From a virus (lineage: Duplodnaviria > Caudoviricetes): a stretch of 35,908 nucleotides of DNA. Position 1 is the first letter of the stretch, and each line of letters opens with the position of its first letter. The notes under the pieces are model-generated. The model saw nothing but the letters and a program-made list of their open reading frames with translations. It did no database searches and was not told the DNA's origin. The stretch is taken from IMG/VR virus record IMGVR_UViG_3300021966_000007, positions 1 to 35,908 of that record. One strand, given 5' to 3'. Of this stretch, positions 8,282 through 17,990 are shown piece after piece. The translations under genes were made by a program, and so were the position numbers.

Positions 8282-8512
8282 ATGTTGAATAAATTGAAGC
8301 AATTCAGAACCGTATCAGGAGAAACACAACAGGAATCAGCACAAAGACTTAATATCTCTATATCTAAGTACCAGAAGGCAGAACAAGGGGTTCAGGGCGT
8401 TTCAGATGACCTGAAAATAAGAATGGCTATTCATTTTAATACAACGGTTGAGGCTATTTTTTTTAGCAACACTATTACAAATAGTAATATCAAAGTAAAA
8501 GTGAAACAGTAA
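8282..8512 (+). CDS. Cro-like HTH regulator
   Basis: 76-aa XRE HTH divergent from CI; AAGGAGG RBS. Confidence 0.88.
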   Translation: MLNKLKQFRTVSGETQQESAQRLNISISKYQKAEQGVQGVSDDLKIRMAIHFNTTVEAIFFSNTITNSNIKVKVKQ

Positions 8513-8628
8513 TTTGATTAATTTTATTATATAAAATTTCGTCCTGTCTTATATAGACAATCTGGACAGCTAAAACAGGTCAATAAATTAAATCACAAAA
8601 AATAATCTGATTTTTAGGAGGTGAACAA

Positions 8629-8796
8629 ATGAATAGAAATAACAAAACCCCAATTACTAGTGTAAGTAGTAATCAGGGTGAATTAAAAAAGCGTATTAAG
8701 AAACTAACAAAATGGTCCCATAAATCTAATAGCATTAATGAAAGATATCTTATTCTGCAATTAGTTATTTTTTATCAGGATCAAGTAGAGCATTAA
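8629..8796 (+). CDS. Hypothetical protein, 55 aa
   Basis: AGGAGGTG RBS then MNRNNKTPITSV...QVEH*; read manually. Confidence 0.5.
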   Translation: MNRNNKTPITSVSSNQGELKKRIKKLTKWSHKSNSINERYLILQLVIFYQDQVEH

Positions 8797-8950
8797 CAAC
8801 GGTGTTTTCCATGTACTGTTCAAAAGTATTCAGCATTTGACCGTTTTTAGATTTTTCGGTTATATGATTTTCTTTCATATATTTAACCGCACTTTGCAAC
8901 ATAATCAATCGAAGTTTGGTTTCTTCTTTTGAAGCTATTTTATCAGACAT
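8765..8950 (-). CDS. Counter-oriented hypothetical protein
   Basis: AAAGGTGGTG RBS, ATG at 8950 (MSDKIASKEE), and TATAAT upstream on the minus strand. Confidence 0.7.
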   Translation of the reverse strand: MSDKIASKEETKLRLIMLQSAVKYMKENHITEKSKNGQMLNTFEQYMENTVVNALLDPDKK

Positions 8951-9009
8951 ATAGATCACCACCTTTCAAATTAATTATAAATGAAAGGCTAATAAGGAGG
9001 CGATTCAAA

Positions 9010-9492
9010 TTGAACAATATAAATATTTTCCAAGAATTAGAAGACCTTCGATACAGAAAAGGTATTTCAATCAGTGAAATCGGTCGTATCTGTGATGTTA
9101 AGAAACAAACGGCCGGCGACTGGTTTAACAAGGCTCACAGAGTAGATGACAAGTATCTTTGGTTGATTTCCGATGCAGTTGGCGATGATAGATTTTTAAT
9201 GGCATTGCTTTGCTACGAATTGAGACTTCCTAATAACTATCTAAATTCTTTACTCAAAAACAAAAATGATAGCTTATCGAGTTTGTTAGGAGTACAGAAA
9301 GAAGATCGTTAAAGTGATATAGCAATACCTGAACTGATGGAACAACTAAGCAGCTTAAAACCTGATGATAAGTCAGTTGGTAAATCATCACTAGAAATAC
9401 TCGATACAGGATTAACGATGTTAGTAGCTTTTAGAAACATTTTAAATAATGAAGGCATTTCGATTAATCAAGCAGTCTTAGAAAGGAGATAG
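9010..9492 (+). pseudogene. HTH protein interrupted by an in-frame TAA at 9310-9312
   Basis: AAGGAGG RBS with TTG start at 9010; HTH ISISEIGRICDVKKQTAGDW; frame stays open for 59 codons after the stop, to 9492. Confidence 0.65.
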
Positions 9493-9496
9493 AGAC

Positions 9497-9820
9497 ATGC
9501 AAGAAGCGGAAACGTTACCTTTCGATGGTATTCCAGAGCGTGACGGTTATGTTTTAACTTGGATTCGTAAAGACAAACTCAATGAATTGAACGATGTATC
9601 TGTTAATGAAGGCTTGGAATTAATGCCCTGGGCTTGCAAAATCTCAGGGTGTTCCGCACCAACCTTAGTTAAGAAACTAGATAAGTATCGGAACGTATTA
9701 GATATGAGCAATGGGGGCTGTGTTAGATATTCAACGGGTCATGGTAACCCTTGGAAGTTTCAAGCAAAAGAATTTAGAGAATTTGTTTTACAACATAAAC
9801 AAGACTTTGCAAAAGCGTAG
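9497..9820 (+). CDS. DUF771-like protein, candidate excisionase
   Basis: Winged-helix-like C-terminal pattern GCVRYS...PWKFQAKEFREF; early-region position. Confidence 0.55.
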   Translation: MQEAETLPFDGIPERDGYVLTWIRKDKLNELNDVSVNEGLELMPWACKISGCSAPTLVKKLDKYRNVLDMSNGGCVRYSTGHGNPWKFQAKEFREFVLQHKQDFAKA

Positions 9821-9829
9821 GTGTGAAAA

Positions 9830-9982
9830 ATGGTCGAGACAATCGTACTTATATTTTTCAGTGTCACAGCATTTCTATTAGGCAATGAGGTTGGCAAAAT
9901 GGGTGGATTCTTAGAAATATTAGATATTTCAGATAAAACTAAAAGTCGGCTTAAAAATGAGCAAAAAAATAACGCACAGTGA
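9830..9982 (+). CDS. Small membrane protein, 50 aa
   Basis: MVETIVLIFFSVTAFLLG...; AGGTG RBS; read manually. Confidence 0.6.
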   Translation: MVETIVLIFFSVTAFLLGNEVGKMGGFLEILDISDKTKSRLKNEQKNNAQ

Positions 9983-10058
9983 GCAGACTATGCGTTATGG
10001 ATCCAGTGCTTATTAAAATATTCAACCTAATTTTAACACATAAATTGGAGGTATAAAA

Positions 10059-10415
10059 ATGGCAACTATTCAAGGATATGACAATAGTTTCTTATTCGAC
10101 GAATCAGCATATAAGGATATTACTGACGAGCCAGAATATTTTGAAGTTGATGGTGAAGAAATCAAAGACTATTTAGATAGTTATGTTGGTGCTGATGAAA
10201 CAGTATATACATTTGATAACTACTATTTTAGAAGTCAAGACGTTGACGATTTCATAAGCTGGCTAATTGAAACACATCGTTTCAGAGTTCATCAATTACT
10301 AGATTACATGACACCTACTAGAAAACGTGAATTCTTAGTGAATGGATTCAAGCAAAATGCGAATGATTTCATTGACCTATTCAACATGCAACAAGTAGAA
10401 CGTGATTCATTCTAA
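10059..10415 (+). CDS. Acidic hypothetical protein
   Basis: GGAGG RBS; D/E/Y/F-rich. Confidence 0.75.
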   Translation: MATIQGYDNSFLFDESAYKDITDEPEYFEVDGEEIKDYLDSYVGADETVYTFDNYYFRSQDVDDFISWLIETHRFRVHQLLDYMTPTRKREFLVNGFKQNANDFIDLFNMQQVERDSF

Positions 10416-10482
10416 GATTCAAATTTTAATTGTTCTTTGACAACTGGATAGGAAACATAAAAACAAACAAGGAGAAATAGCG

Positions 10483-11031
10483 ATGCTTAATACATATTGG
10501 AAGAATGAAATAGCTGGTATTGATGATGATAAGCAAACAGATATTAGCTACAACATGACTAAAGAAGAGGCTTTGGAACTATCAAAGCAAATCATGGCTT
10601 TAAACGAAGATAAGAAAGAAGTTGGAAATGAAACAAATCCAGAAATAGAACGACTTACAAAATGGAGAGATAGCCAAACAGAAGTTATTGATAACCGTAT
10701 TGAACGGCTAACTGAACGATTACTTGAATATTATCAAATCAATAAAAGTCAGAACAAAGATTTCAAATTGAAAAATCCATATGTCCATATTTCAGATAGT
10801 AAGAAAACTACATGGAATTGGACCGATGAAAAAGAAACTATTTCTTCACTAAAGGATAATGACCAGAATAAATTTATTACAACTAAAGAAACCATTGATA
10901 AAAACAATTTGAAAAAGAATACAAAAGTTATTAATGGAAAGGTCGTTACTGAAGATGGAACGATTCTTGAAGGAGTAACGGTCACTATTGGCAGAAATAT
11001 TTCTTTGAAAGTTGAGAAAAATCAATTATGA
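10483..11031 (+). CDS. Mu Gam-like host-nuclease inhibitor
   Basis: Coiled coil (EIERLTKW...LLEYY) and C-terminal INGKVVTEDGTILEGV; adjacent to the recombinase. Confidence 0.75.
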   Translation: MLNTYWKNEIAGIDDDKQTDISYNMTKEEALELSKQIMALNEDKKEVGNETNPEIERLTKWRDSQTEVIDNRIERLTERLLEYYQINKSQNKDFKLKNPYVHISDSKKTTWNWTDEKETISSLKDNDQNKFITTKETIDKNNLKKNTKVINGKVVTEDGTILEGVTVTIGRNISLKVEKNQL

Positions 11032-11750
11032 AAATGTCAGAGGCTATTGATCAATGGACTGCTGGAATGATTGCTTTTAGAAAAGAGCTCAAACAACCAT
11101 CTAAGGATAAGCAAAATCCTTTCTTTAAGAGCGATTACGTGACACTTGAAGGAACTATGAAGTCAGCAGACGAGGCATTAGAAACAATCGGAGATAAAAA
11201 CGGAATGACATTCACACAGGAAGTAACTAGTGACACAGCGACTAATACTGTTTCAGTTACGACGTTGGTTTCTCATGTAAGCGGTCAGTGGGTAATGTTT
11301 GGGCCTTTATGTATGCCAGCTGGCAAGAAGAATGACGCTCAATCTTACGGGTCGTCAGTAACATACGCAAAACGTTATGCACTTTCTGCAGCGTTAGGGA
11401 TTTCAAGCGACATTGATGATGACGGCAACAAGGCATCCGGAAACAATTCACACAATTCTAGCACTAACTATCAATCACACAAACAGCAAAGCCCGAAATT
11501 TATTAGTTCTAGTGAAACTAGTGTACTTGAAGATATGGTTACACAGCTATCCGATGAAACTAATACAGATAGGGTAAAACTGCTAAAGAATATATTTGAA
11601 ACTTGCCACATCAATGATTTTAAGAATATTACAGCCGCTCAAAGAGACAACATTAAGAAACGTATTGACTTTTTATCAGAAAGATACAAACAAAAACAAA
11701 TTGACAAGCAAGAAAAAACCATAAATAAGAAACAGCCGATAACAGCATAA
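11028..11750 (+). CDS. ERF-family single-strand annealing protein
   Basis: NPFFKSDY and AQSYGSSVTYAKRYALSAALGI..DIDDDG signature. Confidence 0.92.
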   Translation: MKMSEAIDQWTAGMIAFRKELKQPSKDKQNPFFKSDYVTLEGTMKSADEALETIGDKNGMTFTQEVTSDTATNTVSVTTLVSHVSGQWVMFGPLCMPAGKKNDAQSYGSSVTYAKRYALSAALGISSDIDDDGNKASGNNSHNSSTNYQSHKQQSPKFISSSETSVLEDMVTQLSDETNTDRVKLLKNIFETCHINDFKNITAAQRDNIKKRIDFLSERYKQKQIDKQEKTINKKQPITA

Positions 11751-11770
11751 CTGGGGTAGGAGGTGAAGAC

Positions 11771-12658
11771 ATGAATAACTACTTCTCTCATGATTCGAAC
11801 GCAAGAAATGATACTAAAATTCTTGATTTAAGAATGGAGTATGGCATGAAGGGTTATGGAATATATTTCGCAGTTCTTGAACGTTTAAGAGATGATTCAA
11901 CTTATTCCAGTTCAACAAATTACAATGCTATTTCTTACGATTTACACGAAGACAAAGACACGGTTAAAAGTGTTATTGAAGACTTTGATTTATTTGAATT
12001 TAGCGAAGATGGTTCACGTTTCTGGTCAAAATCATTTAATGACCGAATGGCAATGAAAGATGCTACTAGTAAAAAAAGAGCGGAAGCTGGAAAAAAAGGT
12101 GCCACAAAAAGATGGAATGGCAAGAATAATAGCAAAAATAAAAGTGCCATTTTAAGTGTTATAGCTTTGCCATACCAAAAAGATAGCAATGTTATAGCCC
12201 GGCTATCGAATGTTAATAGCCCGGCTATGGCCAGGCTACGAAAAAAAATGGCAAATCATAGCAAGGAAAGTAAAGGAAAGAGAAGTAAAGGAAAGAAAAG
12301 AGAAGTAAAAGAAAAAGACAATAACAAACAGTCGTCGTTGTCGTCATTTCAAAAACTCTCAAATCTATATCAAGAGAATATTGGAGCATTGAATGGTATC
12401 ACTAGTCAATCTATTGAATATGCTATCAAAGACTTTGAAGACAAAGGTAATACATACGATCAAGCATGCAATATTGTAGCCGAAGCAATTAACGTAGCAG
12501 CGTTAAAGAATGTACATAATTGGAAATTTATTCAAGGTGTGTTGAACAACTGGCAAAACGATAGCTTATTCACACTAGAAAATATCAAGGCTCATGAGAA
12601 AGCACGAAAAAAAGAGCCAGAAGAAAAAGACGATTCTGGTTACACATTTGCATTTTAG
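11771..12658 (+). CDS. Replication initiator (DUF4373-like N-terminus, DnaD-like C-terminus)
   Basis: YFSHDSNARND N-terminus, FIQGVLNNW C-terminus, internal iterons, upstream of the helicase loader. Confidence 0.85.
   Translation: MNNYFSHDSNARNDTKILDLRMEYGMKGYGIYFAVLERLRDDSTYSSSTNYNAISYDLHEDKDTVKSVIEDFDLFEFSEDGSRFWSKSFNDRMAMKDATSKKRAEAGKKGATKRWNGKNNSKNKSAILSVIALPYQKDSNVIARLSNVNSPAMARLRKKMANHSKESKGKRSKGKKREVKEKDNNKQSSLSSFQKLSNLYQENIGALNGITSQSIEYAIKDFEDKGNTYDQACNIVAEAINVAALKNVHNWKFIQGVLNNWQNDSLFTLENIKAHEKARKKEPEEKDDSGYTFAF
12129..12318. repeat. Probable replication origin iterons within the rep gene
   Basis: ATAGC/ATGGC units at about 11-bp period (12161, 12183, 12194, 12216, 12227); ATAGCCCGGCTAT palindrome twice; purine-rich AAGTAAAGGAAAG repeats follow. 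Confidence 0.75.
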
Positions 12659-12673
12659 AAAGGTGGTCAAAAT

Positions 12674-13435
12674 ATGGAATCACTTCACGGCTTAGATGCC
12701 GTTAGTAAACAGATTGCAACTAAGCACGGTGTTGATTTCAAGAATATTGACTTCAAGCAAGTTCTAGCTAACAGAGATAAACGTGAGCAAGAACGAGCTA
12801 TTGAATTTACTAAAAGGAATCAACAGCAGAAAAGGAAATCAATTTATAAAAGTTCATTGGTCAGCGACTGGGACGACATGAGATTTAACTTTGAAGATTT
12901 CGATACAGATACACCCGAACAAGCTAATGAGCTTGCACAGGCTAAAAATATCGCTAATAGGATATATCAAGGTGAAACAGGCGACTTCTTATTTAGCGGT
13001 AAGCCTGGACTTGGAAAATCAATGTTAGCAGTCAGTATTTTAAACGGATTGAACAAGCTAGATACATCAATTTCTTGTTATTTCGTTAGCTTTGCAATGC
13101 TAGTTAACAACAGTAAAGCAGCATTTCACGATGAGGGACTGCAAGCCGACAATTTCAAGGTTGAGCAATGTATTAAAAACTGTGACGTTCTTGTGTTAGA
13201 TGATTTGGGTTCAGAATCCTCACTAACAGCACAGACTGGCGAAGCTACTAACTATGCTCAAAAGATTCTATTTAGAATAGCAGACTACCGAAAAAACAAA
13301 GTGAACATCATAACCACAAACAACACAGGTAAAGAAATAGCAAAAATGTATGACCGTAGAATCATAAGCCGACTAATTACACGTAAATCAGAAAACACAA
13401 TTGTATTTAGTGGCGAAGACCAACGAGATAACTAG
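12674..13435 (+). CDS. DnaC/IstB-like helicase loader ATPase
   Basis: Walker A GKPGLGKS, Walker B VLVLDDLG, and ITTN motif. Confidence 0.92.
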   Translation: MESLHGLDAVSKQIATKHGVDFKNIDFKQVLANRDKREQERAIEFTKRNQQQKRKSIYKSSLVSDWDDMRFNFEDFDTDTPEQANELAQAKNIANRIYQGETGDFLFSGKPGLGKSMLAVSILNGLNKLDTSISCYFVSFAMLVNNSKAAFHDEGLQADNFKVEQCIKNCDVLVLDDLGSESSLTAQTGEATNYAQKILFRIADYRKNKVNIITTNNTGKEIAKMYDRRIISRLITRKSENTIVFSGEDQRDN

Positions 13436-13447
13436 GAGGATTCAACT

Positions 13448-13573
13448 ATGGACGATTTAGCAGCATGGGCAATTCAAGCCGCAGCAGAAACATTAGGATA
13501 TAGCGATATGAGCGAGGTTCCATTAGATAGAATGGACGAACTATTTGAATTAGCAGAAGAATTAGACAATTAG
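13448..13573 (+). CDS. Small acidic protein, 41 aa
   Basis: AGGAGG RBS; MDDLAAWAIQAAAETLGYSDMSEVPLDRMDELFELAEELDN*; read manually. Confidence 0.7.
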   Translation: MDDLAAWAIQAAAETLGYSDMSEVPLDRMDELFELAEELDN

Positions 13574-13585
13574 GAGGAATCAATT

Positions 13586-13888
13586 ATGGCTTTGAAATTG
13601 GCACAGAAAAAGTTGCTACTAACAGGCGACGAGTTTGAACGTGGGAGCATTGGCCACGTTAACAATGTACTAGTTAACGCTAGTGACGTTACTAATGACA
13701 TTTCTTATTTAGCAAACAAAACGTTACAAAGACTAATGGAAATACAAATGGATTGCGACAACTGCGACATTGATCCAGCAATTTTGAATGATATGGCGGT
13801 AGCGGCTACCAAATTACAAAGTGCTAACCGTGGACTTGATGCCGAATTAATCAAATTGAATCCGCATATTGATGAAGTGAGAGTTTAA
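13586..13888 (+). CDS. Hypothetical protein
   Basis: AGGAGG RBS; 100-aa ORF. Confidence 0.7.
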   Translation: MALKLAQKKLLLTGDEFERGSIGHVNNVLVNASDVTNDISYLANKTLQRLMEIQMDCDNCDIDPAILNDMAVAATKLQSANRGLDAELIKLNPHIDEVRV

Positions 13889-13916
13889 CACCTACCACGA
13901 GAGGGAGTACACCACA

Positions 13917-14330
13917 TTGGAGCTTAAATTAATAGTTGATGGTGAGCCGGTAGCAGCGGCTAGACCACGAGTTACACGGTGGGGAACATATACGCCACCG
14001 AAATATAAAGCATACAAGGCAAGAGTAGAGCTACTTTACAAAATGAACTACCACAATGAACAACTATTTGATAGAGGTGTGCCACTAGTTGCCGAATACC
14101 ATTTTTACAGAGGGATTCAAAAATCATTATCGAAGAAAGAACACAACAGACGTGCAAATCATGAGGTTAGACCGATTGTTAAACCCGACTTGGATAATTA
14201 CATCAAAGCAATACAGGACGGCTTAAAACACGCTTGGTTTGATGATGGACAAGTTACAGATTATTCATGCAGTAAAGACTACGACGAAAAGCCACGAGTA
14301 GAAATATTAATTAAGGAGTGGAAAAAATGA
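13917..14330 (+). CDS. rusA: RusA-family Holliday junction resolvase
   Basis: RPRV, KPDLDNYIKAIQDGL and DDGQV motifs. Confidence 0.92.
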   Translation: MELKLIVDGEPVAAARPRVTRWGTYTPPKYKAYKARVELLYKMNYHNEQLFDRGVPLVAEYHFYRGIQKSLSKKEHNRRANHEVRPIVKPDLDNYIKAIQDGLKHAWFDDGQVTDYSCSKDYDEKPRVEILIKEWKK

Positions 14331-14788
14331 CAATCGAAGATGAAATCATTACTAATGCCCAAGTAAAAGCGTGTATTAACTTGATGAATAACAGATCACT
14401 TAAAAATTGTGAGGAGTATTCCGAAAGCATTCCGCTAGATGATTGGGAAATTGCTTATAAAAATGAACAGAGATTTGCACAGGCACTTGTAACAATCAAC
14501 GTTGTGCAAGATAGATTCGTATTTGAAATTGGTGGCGACGCTTTTAGACCGGATTTAGTAATTACTAGTAAGCGTCTTAAAAAAGAGTATGACTTAATTC
14601 CAAAAACTAAAACATTTGCCGACTTATTTCAAGTAGTTAATGACGTTTATGGAATCAAAACAAGTACAGAATTTCATGTTGACTTAGATACAAAGATGAC
14701 AGACCAAGAATTTGATGAACATATGAAATTCTACGAGAAAATGAGTAACTCAAATATTTTTGGGAGTGATGAAGATGAAACAGATTAA
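14327..14788 (+). CDS. Hypothetical protein
   Basis: AAGGAG RBS; coupled to rusA. Confidence 0.7.
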   Translation: MTIEDEIITNAQVKACINLMNNRSLKNCEEYSESIPLDDWEIAYKNEQRFAQALVTINVVQDRFVFEIGGDAFRPDLVITSKRLKKEYDLIPKTKTFADLFQVVNDVYGIKTSTEFHVDLDTKMTDQEFDEHMKFYEKMSNSNIFGSDEDETD

Positions 14789-14984
14789 AACATTTTCACG
14801 TTTGGTAACAAAAAACTACTACGACGATGATCGTATAAACAGATTTCTAAAGCATCACAACATTATTGATATTAAAACAAATGTTAGTACTGAGTATTCC
14901 GACGACCTTTCCAGAAAAATCATATATCCACAATTGATTACAACAATCATTTATGAGACTAAGGAGGACCAGCCAAATGAATAA
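14775..14984 (+). CDS. Hypothetical protein
   Basis: Overlapping operon-style ORF with GGGAG RBS. Confidence 0.65.
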   Translation: MKQIKTFSRLVTKNYYDDDRINRFLKHHNIIDIKTNVSTEYSDDLSRKIIYPQLITTIIYETKEDQPNE

Positions 14985-15732
14985 TTTACAGAGTTTTAAT
15001 TTTAAAGGTAACGATGTTCGGACGGTTCAAATTGATGGACAACCATTTTTTGTAGCAATGGACGTTACTAAAATTTTGGAAATCAAGAATACCACCGACA
15101 CATTGAAACGATTGGATAGTGACGAGGTGACTAGATTCAATCTAGGGGGCTTATCCGGTGTAATTAATGTCGTTAATGAGTATGGACTTTATAGCTTGAT
15201 TCTTTCAAGTCGTAAACCAGAGGCAAAAGAGTTCAAACGCTGGATCACTCATGAAGTTATTCCATCAATTCGCAAGAATGGCGCCTATATGACTAATCAG
15301 AAAGCATACGACATCACACATAATCCCGATTCATTAGCAGATTTGTTACTTCAAGCTGGCGAACAGTTAAAACGTAAAGATGAACAAATCACTGAAATGA
15401 CACCGAAAGCAGAATTTGCCGACCAGATTAGCAAAAGTCATGACACTATCTTAGTTCGTGACCTTGCCAAATTGCTTTATAAAAATGGCATCGCTATTGG
15501 ACAAAATGAATTATTCCGCTGGTTACAAGAAAAAGGCTATTTAATCAAGCAGCACAACGGATATGCACCAACTCAAAAAGCTACAAACTTAGGTGTATTC
15601 GAGATTAGAGAAACACCAATATCACATAGATACACGCAACCGACTATCAGTATCACAACACTGGTAACTACTAAGGGTCAGCAATATTTCATTAACAAAT
15701 TCTTAAAGGTAAATCAAAAGGTGGAAGCGTAA
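14977..15732 (+). CDS. Phage antirepressor (BRO-N + ANT/KilAC)
   Basis: VNEYGLYSLILSSRKPEAKEFKRWITHEVIPSIRK (BRO-N); IGQNELFRWL...KGQQYFINKF (ANT). Confidence 0.95.
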   Translation: MNNLQSFNFKGNDVRTVQIDGQPFFVAMDVTKILEIKNTTDTLKRLDSDEVTRFNLGGLSGVINVVNEYGLYSLILSSRKPEAKEFKRWITHEVIPSIRKNGAYMTNQKAYDITHNPDSLADLLLQAGEQLKRKDEQITEMTPKAEFADQISKSHDTILVRDLAKLLYKNGIAIGQNELFRWLQEKGYLIKQHNGYAPTQKATNLGVFEIRETPISHRYTQPTISITTLVTTKGQQYFINKFLKVNQKVEA

Positions 15733-16139
15733 TGAATGATGAAGAATTAGTTTTTAAATTAGAAGATCCAACTGAACAAGAAAAGAAAGAGCTTGAAGAA
15801 ATGAAACACCGCTTAGATTGGCATTACCACACAGACGACAAAGAATTAAATGGCAAAGAGAAAGAAAAAGCAAAAAAGAGAACGATTGAAGAAATTACTA
15901 AGGCTATAAATGATGAAGTGACGGCAGAATTTGTCATTTTAGATGAGCGGCGAATTGGCGATTCTGGCATGTATTACAGCGGCGATGTTAATCAAATAAT
16001 TGATATGGCGTTTACTTTAATAGTTAATGCCGCTTATGACGGTTTGAACAGGCCAAGAGGATTTGAATTCGATTTAATAGCTGACAATATGCGTAAAGAA
16101 CTTGATAGAACTTTGGAGGGAATGGGATTTGATAAATAG
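15732..16139 (+). CDS. Hypothetical protein
   Basis: Coupled by a TAATG overlap; acidic 135-aa ORF. Confidence 0.7.
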   Translation: MNDEELVFKLEDPTEQEKKELEEMKHRLDWHYHTDDKELNGKEKEKAKKRTIEEITKAINDEVTAEFVILDERRIGDSGMYYSGDVNQIIDMAFTLIVNAAYDGLNRPRGFEFDLIADNMRKELDRTLEGMGFDK

Positions 16140-16596
16140 AGTTGTTTTAGTTGGTAGATTAACCAGGGACGCAGAACTAAAATACACGGCCAATGGTGTA
16201 GCAGTTGCACAATTTACAGTTGCCGTTAATCGAAGCTTTACCAATGCTAAGGGTGAACGTGAGGCTGATTTTATTAATTGTGTGATTTGGCGTAAGGCAG
16301 CGGAGAATTTTTCTAGCTTCACTCATAAAGGTTCACTCATTGGTGTTGATGGACGTATTCAAACACGTTCATACGAAAATCAGCAAGGCGATCGTGTCTA
16401 TGTAACCGAAGTTGTTATTGAGAATTTCTCATTACTTGAAAGTAAAAAAGATGCAGATAATTTTCAAAACAACGCCAGTCATGGCAACGATTCAAACAGT
16501 AAACGTGCAGATAATGTGCAGAAAAAAAAGCCTACCGATCCATTTGAGGACAACAGTAAACCTATTGATATTAGTGATGACGACCTTCCATTTTAA
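16129..16596 (+). CDS. ssb: Single-stranded DNA-binding protein
   Basis: [15 protein letters not shown]-fold start and DISDDDLPF tail; TTG start after GGAGG. Confidence 0.97.
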   Translation: MINRVVLVGRLTRDAELKYTANGVAVAQFTVAVNRSFTNAKGEREADFINCVIWRKAAENFSSFTHKGSLIGVDGRIQTRSYENQQGDRVYVTEVVIENFSLLESKKDADNFQNNASHGNDSNSKRADNVQKKKPTDPFEDNSKPIDISDDDLPF

Positions 16597-16614
16597 TTAA
16601 AAGGAGACTATGAA

Positions 16615-16818
16615 ATGAAGTCAGCATTGAACTTTTTACATGATGATTTTGACAAGCTACCAAAGAACATACAAATGGATATAGGTAATCGAGTAATTAA
16701 TCATTTGGCAACCGGTGGAAATGAAAATGACGACTATATCAAGAATCAAGCTAAGTATGCTCACGATTATATTAAAAAATATGGGGTGGCAAAGCATGAA
16801 TTACAAGAAAATCTATAA
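16615..16818 (+). CDS. Hypothetical protein
   Basis: AAGGAG RBS; 67 aa. Confidence 0.7.
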   Translation: MKSALNFLHDDFDKLPKNIQMDIGNRVINHLATGGNENDDYIKNQAKYAHDYIKKYGVAKHELQENL

Positions 16819-16996
16819 AGACACTTACGAGAAGATTTACGAGGATCAGCACGAAGATATCGAGGCAACAATATTCTACATTCAACGTCACGGTGCACAT
16901 CTAAATGATACTAACAAGCCTTTCATGGACGCTAGAAACAAACTAACTACGGACGAAAAACGTGAGATTATCTTTGATTTAATCACACCATTTTAA
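16796..16996 (+). CDS. Hypothetical protein
   Basis: GGGGTGG RBS then MNYKKIYK. Confidence 0.65.
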   Translation: MNYKKIYKDTYEKIYEDQHEDIEATIFYIQRHGAHLNDTNKPFMDARNKLTTDEKREIIFDLITPF

Positions 16997-17014
16997 GGAT
17001 TTGGGGGAATCAAT

Positions 17015-17641
17015 ATGATTAGTAATGAAACCAAATTGAAGGCCTTACAACTCAAATATAGAGGCTCTAGTATGATAGGAATTTCGGACACATTAGGGAT
17101 TTCTGATGAGGAATTAGATAAGCTATTTGACCACATTCAAATACACGAAATCAAATCAGAAGTGATGAAGTGCATTAGCAAATTAGCTTATCAAGATTTG
17201 ATTAATATCCGAGTTGATAAGTTGACATGGTTGCCACTCCTAAAACGAGTGGAAGACAAGTATGGAGCTATCAATGACGACGCCGAAGAAGACCCACTAT
17301 TTAAATCAATTCAGAGATACACAAAACAACAGACTAGATACGACGCTGAGGAAGCTCAAAACTATTTGGATAATGGATTACCACCATATTTAGTTGCTAA
17401 GCGCGTTAGAACACATAGAAATATCATTATTTCAGCTTGCAAAAACGGCACTCTGAACATGGATAAATGGGTACAGTCCCGGGCCAAAAAGAAAAATTAT
17501 GATGAGATGTTTAGCTTGAAACTTCTGCAAAGAATGATTAACCAAAATCAAAATATTAGCGCTATTCACAAAGCCACAGGAATCACAGAAAAAGAGTATT
17601 TGGACGCTGTTAAACGTGGCTTTTTAGTTACACAAAATTAG
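17015..17641 (+). CDS. Hypothetical protein with HTH-like segments
   Basis: GGGGGA RBS; patterns ISDTLGISDEEL and IHKATGITEKE. Confidence 0.65.
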   Translation: MISNETKLKALQLKYRGSSMIGISDTLGISDEELDKLFDHIQIHEIKSEVMKCISKLAYQDLINIRVDKLTWLPLLKRVEDKYGAINDDAEEDPLFKSIQRYTKQQTRYDAEEAQNYLDNGLPPYLVAKRVRTHRNIIISACKNGTLNMDKWVQSRAKKKNYDEMFSLKLLQRMINQNQNISAIHKATGITEKEYLDAVKRGFLVTQN

Positions 17642-17653
17642 GAGGATATTCAA

Positions 17654-17989
17654 ATGACAGTTACAAATGCAAGTATCAAATCAGCAGAAACCAATGGATC
17701 AGGAATGACAATTATTTCAGATATTAATCAAGATTTCAGAGATAGCAAAATTAAGGTTATCCGCCAATTACAAGGCTGGACCGAAGAAGAAAAATTTCAA
17801 CTGGAGTCGATTAAAAGAAATGGCACATTTAATGACGCCATCAAGGATTTAATGTTAAGTGGTAATCCGATTGGATCAAAATATTACTACAGCGATAGAG
17901 ATAGTGAAATTCAGATACTTCAAGATATTATTGATTATTTTGAAGGCAGAGCAATTTTTAATACTGACGATATGAAAGAGGGTAAATAA
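17654..17989 (+). CDS. Hypothetical protein, paralogous to the next gene
   Basis: AGGAGG RBS; GWTEEEK...DIIDYFEG. Confidence 0.7.
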   Translation: MTVTNASIKSAETNGSGMTIISDINQDFRDSKIKVIRQLQGWTEEEKFQLESIKRNGTFNDAIKDLMLSGNPIGSKYYYSDRDSEIQILQDIIDYFEGRAIFNTDDMKEGK

Positions 17990-17990
17990 C

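Noticed and set aside
9310-9312. Genome-wide stop-codon reassignment
   Set aside because: Only one in-frame stop was seen, and TAA ends most other genes normally.
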